Of a stretch of DNA of 64,000 nucleotides, positions 49,601-61,600 are shown in pieces (the stretch's first letter is position 1; every line of letters begins with the position of its first letter). Position numbers and translations under genes: made by a program. The notes under the pieces were generated by a model that saw only the letters and a list, made by a program, of their open reading frames with translations, was not told where the DNA came from and did not search any database. Source of the DNA: Tubulanus polymorphus (taxonomy: Eukaryota > Animalia > Nemertea); contig NC_134035.1 in the NCBI RefSeq assembly GCF_964204645.1, positions 2,108,001 to 2,172,000 on the forward strand, written 5' to 3'.

Positions 49601-52600
49601 ACCTTCTTATTCCCTGATTGTCAACTCTGGTGAAATATTTATATCCGTTGCATTGCTACGGCAAGACGCGGTATACTGAGTATACATGTACTTGTCCCTA
49701 CTCGGTACACAGTCAGCTCAATGAATTCTACTGAAATTGATTTGGAAAAACGTTCCGTTTCCCCAATTCTGAACTGGATAAAATATTTACTGATTTTCAA
49801 CTCGATGCAATACTAACAGCACGCCCAACGCTACCAAATAAGGCGGAGTTTACTGTTGTTTGATGTTTGTGTTTATCCAGTCAACTATCCATTGATGAAT
49901 TTTTTTTTTCGTGCACTTATATAAACTGTAGATATTCCCTCTAAAAATGATGTCTCTTCCTTCTATTCATTTAAGGCATCGGAAGAGAATTGTAACATTC
50001 CCGAACGTCATGGCCAGTTACTGTTATTACAAGATTCTCTGATGAAACTCGGGGATTTCAAGGTAAATAATGACGCATTTAACACGATGTAAAACCGTGA
50101 AATTGATCAGGCGCATGTTCCACAGCTCCACGACTATGATTCATTCCACCTGATGATGTGGAACTGTGAATCTCAATGTATCTTTGAAATTTGAACGCAT
50201 AAGATTTGTTTACAATTTATCTACAGTTGACATGGATTATTAGAGTGTTTCATTCGACTAAATTGGAAATGAACTGATTTCAACGCTATAAAGTCAAACT
50301 TAACCTATGAATATGGAACTGGGTCCAGTTTTCAAGAAAGATTCCGCATCTTAAACCGGCTAGCACCTTGTCCAAATATTGAATTTGTGTTTTTTTTTTC
50401 AGCAATGTTTACAATGGGGCGAAGAGGCTTTCAACGAAGCTCTCGTATTCTATACATTGTCGAATGATACGAGTATGAAAATAGAATGGGTCACAACGAT
50501 GACGCAATTACTCGACGGCCTCGAGAAGTAAGTTCATCGCACAGCGCTGACTAACGAATAGGGGGGTCACTGGAACGTTTAACAGTGACGTTGAATCTAG
50601 CCGAGAAGAAAATTGGTTGAAATATGTTAAAACCTTTTCATCGGCAATTCACTCAGTTGATTCTTAGTATATGCTACACGACATTGCGCTGAAGTCGATC
50701 AACTTGCAGGCCTGAGTTGAAATAGACGAAAATCAAAAACTCAATAGCGTTTAGGGGAGAGGATTCTTCCCGGGACACAAAAGAATTATGATGCATGAGG
50801 ATCTGTAGTAGTTCTTAGCCACGAAACCCAGTTGTGCTGTTGATTGAGCTATTGTCCTAGAAAATACACAAACATGATAATGTTCATTACTGATTTCACT
50901 AAAATTACAAAAAAAAAGGCCATTTCAGACCATCCAGTAATGTTTATCATAAATCTGAACAGTTCGGCTGAAATCACTGATGAATACCGGTATATTTTGA
51001 AAGCGTTTCCTTATTGTTATACGTAGGTGTATTTCTCATGATGAGGTCATCGAATTTTTGCCGGCGAATAAAACCAGTCGATTGATGAAGAATTTATTGA
51101 AAGTGATTGAAATCGCTTTAGACATTCCCGAGTCGTCGACCGACATGGCGGTCGGTTCCGTTCATCCGTGGATTATTCTTTATCGCCTCATTCTACAGTA
51201 AGTTGTTATCTTTACCACGTGCTCTGAAATGGTTTCAAGGTTGGATTTAGGGGAGCAGGTTGTTCAAGTTGCTGTATTATTCCAGAAATTTTTTAAGGGC
51301 CCCTCAAATTGTTAGTCTAAAGATTTCAAGTACATGTACATGCAATTCTATTGTCAAAAGCCTTGTGAATGTCTTTGTAGCTACTTAATTCAGTGTTCAT
51401 CAGTGCTCTCCACAACAGGTTTTAGAGGGTGGTCACACCTTTCATTTCCACATCAACCCCTCTGAAAATCAGCCAGTCTTTATAGAATATCAGAAAAAGG
51501 GTGTTTCTTTGACCATTAGACATGACCCTTCAAATTTTCCCAGATCTGCCCTCGGGTTGGTTAAGTCTTAATGAATTGATGTGAATTTCAGCGAAGAGAA
51601 AAAGTCGTCTGTTGCTGTTGCTACGTCTGCTGAGAAACCCAGTCTTCCGTCGTCATTTCTGTTTTTGAACATGGCTCACGATTGTCTCGGGAGGTGCGTA
51701 AATCATTGCATATAACATCTTCCTTGAATCATTCGTTTTAACATCATCTAGTACCAACAACTGCAATATATTACCAGTACATACATCATCATCATCATCA
51801 TCATTATCATCACACGGATCTGTCATCATCCTCTTCGGTGTTTCTCATTGATGTTGCCATTTTTTGCGTATTTTGTAGAAAGACAAGGAGTCATTCCTTT
51901 CACAAAACTGTTTTGATTATTTTCATGTTGCAGGCATTCGTCGTGCACGAATTCCGACGGAGCGTTGTTGTTGTTCTTCGTCGATCAAATCTGGGAGATG
52001 GTGAAAGGTTACACGAACGAGAATCAACATCCGCACCACGAGGAATTGGAACTCGCGCTCGAGCAGTGTATCTATTGTCTGTATAATCATCCGAATAAGA
52101 AGGGTAAAGCACGCCATCTACAGGATCATAACGTCAATCAGGTACGTTTTGATTGATTGACAGCCCACTTTTCATCCCTATTCGTCCATGGATGCCATTT
52201 GAGTTGTTTTGGGAAATTTTGAACACACTCTGACATACCGTAATATGTTCATGACGAGAAAATGATTCCAGACCATATAAGTATATGTTTTAAGGTAAAG
52301 CCAATATCTGAGTTTAAAAATTTGGGGAAATTAAGTCAGTTTGGCAGCAGCCGTTGTTGGCGTTGAAGTTGGTATTGAAAGAGTTAAATGGTTCATAAGT
52401 ACCATATATCAATTATATAGAATTTGAGTTGGGTATACCATGGACGTACTCTGTCCTCGTTCATGGATAGAGGTTAAATGGATGAAGGTTTTTGAGGAAA
52501 ATATTAACGGGTTTTAACTTATATTCTTGAAACTGTATTCATACCTTCACAGCACTATATTGACCATGTTTTATTCATTGATTGTAGATAACGTTGTCGT

Positions 52601-55600
52601 GGGAAAGTGCTGTGATGTTGTTTTATTACTTCAAACCGAAAACGCTCCCCGAATTCGACAGCTACAAAACAAGCACAGTTTCCGCCGATGTAAGTCTTAA
52701 TAGAACATGATGTGTGGAAAGAGTGGAAACTTCACCAAATTCATTCTATTTCACATGGTTCCCACAGAACACAGGGAAATGGGGAAAAACTTGGAAATTT
52801 TGTAATGATAATTCCCAGTTTGGAAATATTTGGGAATTTGAAAAAATGTTCTTCAAATCAGGGAAGATATTTGGGAAGTTAATTTACGTTTCACACATTG
52901 CATTTGCCAAGGGCAACTTTCTTCAGCAATTTCCCTTGAAAATCATATTCATCAACCAGTCGCCACTAAAATGTTGACTGTAACATGACAATATGTGTTC
53001 ATTTTCATTTGGGAAAATTAAAAAATCACCCATGAAATACTTGGAAAAAACTTGGGAACTTTTGATTAATATAACTGAGGGAACCATGATTTGATTTGAT
53101 CTAACAAAGGCAAATTCAGATTTGTGGTGATCGATGATGTTCGTTGATTTCAGTTAGAGAATCTGCTGCGTAGGATAACTCTACTCATACCGAATACCGA
53201 CGTGCCGCAGATTACTATCGATTCTATATCTCAGTTCATCGACGGCGTTACGCAAGCTCCGCCCACTTTCCCCGAAGAACATCAACCAGATGACAGGTGA
53301 GTGTGTTGTGTGTGAGATGAAACAACTGCTTTATTATCTGATGGATGGACTGATGTGTATTCTGAGTGTAGAAGTTAACAAAAATTGTGCTAAATTGAAT
53401 TCAAATCATGGGGTATAGAAAGTACTAGCATCGTTAGAATAGAATTTGACGGAAATATCAAGGAAATAATATCTATATTTCCTGAAAAATTGTGATTGTC
53501 CCGCTGTGAGTCTGGACTGCGAGTATGCAATCAAAGAAAATAGGTCTATGTCACATGTCAGCAAAAGAAAACTTCTGTATCTTATCTTTCAGGCCTGTGA
53601 TCAATGAAATTTATTACTTACTCGCCGATTACTACTTTAAAAACAAAGAACAGGGGTACGTACGATTTATAGAATTGTCTCTTAATGATATTAGGTGAAG
53701 CTACTGAGTTGTCTGTACTAAAAGACTTGTGTCGTCGTGTCATTTCAGAAAAGCGATCAAATTTTATTTGCACGATTTGTGTCTGAACCCAGAGAGGTTC
53801 GACTCGTGGGCCGGTATGGCGCTAGCGAGGAGCAGCAGGCTGGAACAGAAACTGAATTCGGTACTTATACGCACGCATTTTATGTAATATTTTGCGATAT
53901 GTCATTCATCACACGCAAAAATTTAAGTCCCAATTTATGTTTCCAATTCAATTTCTTGAGTGTAAGTCGTTATTTGGACGCGAGTGGTTGCATTACTTTA
54001 GTCTTCTATTTTTTTATCCCGCTTTGTAGCCTATTTCCAATTCAGTTTACTCGAGTTTTTATCATGATCGTGACAGCTATGGCTTAGTCCCTTGTGCCTC
54101 TTCAACTGTCTATTTAGATTTCATGTATGTATTCAATAATTGTGTGATTTCTGATCAGCGTATTATGATTTATATTCATGTATAGAATGAACTGAAGTCG
54201 GAGCCGGCGTCCGTATCGAAGGTAGCCGCCAGTGCTCTACGTTGTTTCAAGCGAGCGCTCGAGGTCGATTCTACTAACAGTAAACTGTGGATCGAGTACG
54301 GCTCGTTTTCGTATAGCCTACGAGCTTATTTCTCGCGACAAATCAAACAGGTCGGTCAATAAATCATTGCGCAATACACCGGGTAGTATTGATGTTCAAC
54401 AGGTGTTAGAATAGGGATTGTCCCTGTTGTTTATTTGGTTTGTGAATTTCGTTAGATTTTTTGATTGAGTGTCCCTTACAGACCCACCACACCTGCCGGG
54501 AGCGAAACAGGGGGTTTGATTTTGAAATCGGAAATCGAAGTACAGATATAGTTGTTTGCTCGGCGGTCTAATTTACAGAATTTTCTTTTTTAAATCGAAG
54601 TACATAATTGGAAATTCGGTTCCAGTTCATTGCTCAACAGGTGTTAGCACACTGACATCAGTCTTGTATTTAGCGTCTTTTTAGATTCAGTATTTATGAA
54701 ATTTGATAACATGCTTTCTAAGTGTTATATTTTCAATGAACAATAAACAAGTGATAGCCACCTTGCAGGAGGGGGGCTATTTTTCAGTTCAGAATTTCAT
54801 TCCATACGTAGGCAGGTGTCAATTTTTTTCGATTTAATGTTTAAGAATAGCAAATCAGGATTAAAAATTCTACCGGTTACTTCCATCTGGTTTACAGATC
54901 AGAGACCAATCAAAAACTACCTCAATAAGCGTGCGGTATTATCATGCCGTATCTTATTAGCCGCAAAAAAGTCTCGAATGTTTTTGTTGTGCGAACATTA
55001 AATATTGAATGTAACTCCTGGTGTGAATGTAGCTATAGGAAGCATATATCACACAGTATTGAGATTATTAATTATCTGTATTTGCAGAACAACTTGATTC
55101 CATTGACGGAAGAAAGTCGCAGTCTGGCTACGAGTAAACAAAGCGACATGATGGAACTGGCTTTAAAGTGCTATAATAAAGCGTATGAAATCGAAGGCGA
55201 GGCCGGCGATGAATTGTGGCTGTTGAATTACATGCTCGGAAAAGCTGCAGAGAAAACAAAACAGTCTCCGAAACAGTTTCTCACGCACTACTTAGCTGTG
55301 AGTAAACATTCGTTGATATGAAGTGGTTTTTGATTTCAGAGCCTGTTTATATTGATGTTCACTTCGCAATTACTTAACTCTCTGACCTGATTTAGACATC
55401 GTTGAAGGAGATTGGGGCCCAGTTCAACAGTTGTGAGTTAGAGTTAACTATGAGTTAAAATCAGTTCATTTTCAATGTTTCAACTCTAAGAGTCAAATTG
55501 AACTCAGAACGGTGGAACTGGATCCTGAATAATAACAAGGCCCCTGAATGATATAAAACTGATCTGATGAGACTTCTATAAGTGATTCAAGAGCCCCTTA

Positions 55601-58600
55601 TGAGTCCTTGGTTGTAAATCATACGTTATATATATATTTCACGGTTCAAAGGGCTAAGAAACTATGGAACTATGTATTTTGCTCTTCAGGCAGCTGAATA
55701 CTTGCACGAAGAAGGGGCAAGATACCCGAAAAAGATTCACTATATGAATGTGGCTACACCTCACTACGCAGTAGAGTCTCTCGAGGTATTTTATTGATAA
55801 TCCTAATTCTGAGGAGTGGTTCATGAATATAATTGTTGTAATCGTTGACTGGTTTTCTAATTTGAATATAGATATATTTCCGTATTCATACGTCGATTGC
55901 TAAATACCTGGTCAGACAAGTACCGACTGAAGAAGAACTTGTTCTATTTGAGAAAACTGTCACAGAATGTTCTACATCTCCATTTGCGTTAGGCAATGAA
56001 CTAAAAAACTGGTAAGTCAATATAGAAAGTCCTCAGTGTGTGAATCATTGTAGTTTTAAGCATTCATAACTTACATAGCATTTTTTTTCAATACTGTATA
56101 AAGAAGAATTGTCTATCATTATACTTTAAAATCCCATGATACAAAAAGAGAAATGAGTCAAAAAGGTTTCATTGAGTGTAGTTTATTTCGATATTTTGAA
56201 GATTCAGTGTTCCTGAAGATGACTTGTAGTATATAATGGAAATGTCCAGTAAACTCCTAGCCGAAGAAAACCTTTTGAATCGTATTTTCATTACAACACG
56301 GTCAGAGTGTTTCATCAAGTTTATCTTTCATTATATTTCAGTTTGGCAATAACTGATGAGAGTAGTTCGTCAAATATCGGCCCGCTAACTCCACCACCTG
56401 GTCGCAAACCTACGATACACGCTGCTCCACAGGACCACGATTACTCGAGGCAGAAAAATGTGACGAGTAGCGAAAGCTCGGCAGAAGACAGCGCCGATAC
56501 GAGTTTCCACACGGTACCGCCGGAGAAGGGTGAAGTCGAAGGCCAAATAGAGGTTGTTAAAGGTCAGGTTGACGGATGGAAAACTACGATAGACGAAGAC
56601 GATCGCGAGAATTCGAAAGTAGAATCGAATGACGGAAAAGTGAAAGAATCCGATCTGAATCCGGAACAAGTTTCGAAACCGATGGCAAACAATGAGGATG
56701 TAAAACCTGCAGCTGTTACCGATATTGTATCGAACGCAGAAAAAGCTGTTCCGAAAAAAGAGACCAGTAATGATGGTCAATTATTTGGAGAAAAGAACGA
56801 AGCCTCCCAGACAACGTCTCTACTCGATCCAGTCAGTGAGAAACCCGTGGAAAAACAGACAACTCCAGCTTCTGCCGAACCGATGTCTGAAGAAAAAACT
56901 GATATAAGTTTGTTAAACAAAGAAGCAGATGATGTACAAGAAGTACAAGAGGCCATGGAAGTCGAGATTGAAGAGAATTCAGTAGTGAAGGAAGAAGGTA
57001 AATGTCGTCATATTGTATCATACAAGAACGAGAAATACCATATCCCTGAGATACAGATTTACATAATTTCAATTCCTTTAATTTCATTCACAACAGCGAA
57101 CAACAGCTCTCCTGAAATCGATAATTTGATGTCGGAGCTTGTGGGTCTGGCTTCTGCTCAAGGCGTAACACCGCCATCTGTCGGTAAAAAACCGCCAGTA
57201 GTTCCGGGCGATGTTGACTCTGATCATTCCAAGAAAGAACTAATACCGCCATCGAAAGAGTTTACTTCTGGGCAAATGCCACCAGTAGAAATAGACACTA
57301 TGCATGTAAGTTATTGATGATAAAACTTGATCAATTGATGAACATACAAATAGTACGAGGATGTTTTCGTTTACGTTAAACTAGTAAATATGTACTAGCA
57401 CTAATGCAAAAATTCAAATTTCAAAATTCAAAAATTTATTTATTCATCATAAATCAAGGTATATGATTGTGAATGAGAGAAAAAACTGAAAGGGTGAACA
57501 ATACAAACAATGAAGAGAAGAGAGAAAACAATATAATATCTAATATATACATATCTAATATATACATACAATATTCTTTACGTTATATTCACAAGTAATG
57601 CTTGATATGATTCATAGAATTTCTCGTTTAATCATTTCAGAGTATCTGTTTGTTCAGCTCCAGCCAAGATGCCGACGAAAGCATGAGCCAAACATCGAAT
57701 GACAATATGTCGTTTTCGGATATAAAATCTCATGACGTTATACCGTCGACTGATTTACCGCCTAAAGGCAAGGAGACAATAATTCTTCTATCGTCGGATG
57801 ATGGTGATAATATCACCGATACAAAATCAACAGATATTCCAAGCAGCGAAGAAAGCGAACCTCAACCATTCAATGTATCAACGCCCTCAGATTTATTTTC
57901 ATCGACCGTCGATGATGTAACTACCAGCACAATGGAAATTTGTTACGACAACGACGCGGTTAAGCCATCCGATGACGGTCGTGATGAAAATACAAAGAAC
58001 CGAGAGGACGTGGAGCAACTTACGGAGGGAGTAGGCCAAATATCATCATTAAAGCCTCATGATTTACCTCTTTGTTCGTCATCGCCGAGACCGGAAACAT
58101 CTGAAGTTGTGGAAGATACTCAAAATGATATATTCGAAGATCAAAACACTGAGAAGTCCGACTCTGTCGTAATCATCAGCGATACTCTTGACAGTGAATG
58201 TAATGTATCTAAAACTAGCGGAGTTGAGGTTACTGAAGTCGGTGAGAATCTTTCCGCAAAAACTGATAAAGAAATTCCTCAAGAAGAGGATTCTCATGCA
58301 AAGCCTGAAGTTTCAAAATGTAGCGCTTCAAAAGATTCAATGGCTGAAACCAGTGGCTTAAGCGTGGTTGAATCGGATGAAAAAGACACGAAAATTGAAG
58401 GCATCGAAATCGTTCTCGAAACAAGCGATACGAAAAAGCGTTCAGTGATAGAATCAGTTTCTGGAGAAAATCCGTCAGCCAATCAGAAGCCTCAAGAATA
58501 TTCTGAGAAAGAGATCGCTGAAAATGAGGCGTGTCACGAAACATCAACGGTTAAAAGTGATAAGGTTGTAGCAAATGTTGAAGAGGTTATGTGCGAACAT

Positions 58601-61600
58601 TCAAATGCCTCAGTTGCTGATCGAAATACCAAGCACTCGCCGGAGCCTGATAGCTCTGAGATTTTAGAGGATTCTGTCTTGGTTATTGAAAGTATCACTG
58701 AATTAGAATCGGAAGAGAAACATTCTGTTAGCCTGAAAAATCTGGAGGTTGAATCTGTTAATGAAAAAGCTGGTGTGAATGATCTTGCCGTAGTTGGTAG
58801 TGACGCAGTTGATGGAAAAGTAGCTACTGGTGATGCTTCTTCATTAGTTGTTGAAGAAGGTATCAGTGTCGCACAAAATGAAAAAGTAATGATCAAGGCC
58901 CCAGCGAATGATGAAGGATTGCATGCAGAAGGTGAAATTACCATAAAAACAGATGCTTTAGATTCAACTGAATTTAAGTTGGAAGGTGAAGCCAATAAAA
59001 AAGAAGAAAATCTCAAAATCTTAGGTGCTAAGGATGTTGATGAACATGTTCCTATGGATGAAGAAAATATTCAGCTGACAGCGGTCAAGACTCCATGTTT
59101 AACAGATTCTAAAGACCCATCCCAAAATGTACAAACTGTTAAAATGAAAATACCAGTGGCTGATGAAACTATTCCTATACCTCACACTACAGTTATAGAA
59201 AACATTGTGAAAGATGCAAGTTCAAATCTACTTGAAAAAGAACCATCAAATGAAGTGATCGATACTTGCGCTAAAATGACTACAGAAGCAGAGGATTCTG
59301 TGTTGCAACCAAGCAAAAATGTTGAAATGATTGAGGAACAATCTTTGAAAATTATATCCAGCCTTGAAGTAGAAGTAACAGAAGAACATAAATCAGAATC
59401 AATCGATTCTTTGAGTAGTAAGATAGATATGAAACCTATTTCTGATGAGGTGGCATCGGAAGTTAAATTTGGGATGGTTGATGACGAATTGAAATTGACT
59501 GAAAAACTACAACAAAACATTGATGCTGATACTGAAAAAACTTGTGAAAAGTCACAGGATCAATTGGTCATAGCAGAAAACATATCAACTATAAACAAAA
59601 ATACTTCTAATAGTAATACAGGTAAAGAAAAAGATGCTGGAAATAGAGAGAAACTGCAAGAAGAGGCAGATATTGATGAAATGGAAATCGGATCTAGTGT
59701 AGAATTTGTTGATAAAGAAACAACAGCTAAAAGTAATGAAGCGGGACCCAGTAAGCAAGTTGTTACAGAAAAAGAAGTTGCAAAGATGGATAGTAGACGT
59801 GCTAGTGACGATATTAAAGAAACCAAAGTTGAAAAAACTGAAGCTGGACATAATGGAGCAGTTTCTGAAGATTCAAAAGTTGAAGGGATCGAAACTGGAC
59901 CTGTTGGAGCAGTTCTTGAAGAAGCAAAACATGAGAAAATGGAATCTGGACCTGTTGGATCAGTTCTTGAAGAAGTAAAAGATGAAAAGATGGAAACTGG
60001 ACCTGTTGGATCAGTTGTTGAAGAAATTAAAGTTGAAAAGATGGAGACTGATGAGGAGGTTGTTGAAAAAGCAAAGGTTGAAGAAAGGGGAAAGTCGTCT
60101 ATTGGAGAAGTTGTTTCAGGAGAAACTAAAGATGAAACTGAATCTGTTGGAGAGAGAGGAGCAAAGGATGAAAATAAGAAATCCGGATCTACTGAAGAAT
60201 GGGTTGGCATAGAAGCAACAAAAGTTGATGAAAGAGAAACTGGATCCAGTGCAAAGGTTGTTGAAGATCAATCTAAAAAAGGATCTTCATCAGATAGTAT
60301 GAATTCTGGTAACCAGAATAAGATGGATTGTGGTCTGATAAGTGTGGAGACTGCAAGAAAGACAGATTCAACTCCAGGTGAAGCAGGACAAGGTGCTCAT
60401 AACACTGAGATAGTCTCCATGGATGAGGGAGCAAACAAACTTGTCTCTCAGGGAACAAATTCCAAAAGCATTCACTCCAAAGATGACTCATCCAAAAAAG
60501 AGCAAGGCTTGCAGGAAAACAAAGAAAGTGCCAAGAAAGAAGATTTTAAAACAAATACTTTGAAAGATTCTGCTGTAATTGTAAGAAAAGATCCAGAACG
60601 ACCGACTGTAGCTGATCCACGAGTTAAGGCCGTCTTGAATAAGTGTGCGGCCGCTTTACAGCTATGTCTGCAACGGTTTCCTACTCATTACAAATCTCAA
60701 TATCGTTTGGCTTTCATTCACGCTAAATCAATCACAAACAAGGTACTAAATATAGGGCCATATTTTCAGTACTCGACTAGTTAAGATTAATGCCTTCCTT
60801 ATGTTTCATAGATGGAATTGACAATCATCTTTTATAATAATATCTTACAGAATCTCCAGATGTCCAGAGATTATCTGTTGGGAACACCGAAATGGCAGGA
60901 AGTGCCATTCATGACCGCAGCCGGACTATTCCACGAAAGAAAACATACCAATTTCTTTAATGTAAGTGCATTTATGACGAATAGTTTCATGTTGAACATC
61001 TGTGTTATAGTTTACCAAATCAGATAGATATCACATATTTCGGCCTGTTGACACAATCATTAGCTGGAATACCATGGGCAACAGAAAGAAATAATAAATA
61101 TACTCAATGAATCAGTGGATGTGAGGGATGACAGAATTATAGATATCAGTTTCATTGTGGTTTCATTTTGAATATATTAGGAAAAATTTTAAGTTCGGGG
61201 CAAGTATTTTATTACCCATTTGCAATGGATTAGAGTGTTAATTCAATTGATAATCATCGATATTTCACATCAATATTCAGGGAGTTTGGCGTATACCGAT
61301 TGATGACATTGATCGATGCGGCACGTTCGCTACACACCTCTATAAAGCTGTATGGTTGCTGTTAGAGGTATTACTCGAACTGGAGGACAGCTCGATGTTA
61401 CTTTGGATTCATCAACAGCTTCAGAAAACACCCGAGGGCACGAAGTAAGTCTTATTGTAATTCCTTGTAAAAGATGTCTCCTCATTTCGGTATCATATTT
61501 CTTCATGTGAACTTGAAGATACGAATGATACAACAGCCATACCTGCTTTCAATCCGACTTGAATTTCATTGAGGTTAAGTTAAGGGGCCATTCATAAAGA

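Noticed and set aside
58079-60491. Minus-strand ORFs up to 216 aa
   Set aside because: Antisense shadows of the low-complexity CABIN1 exon.
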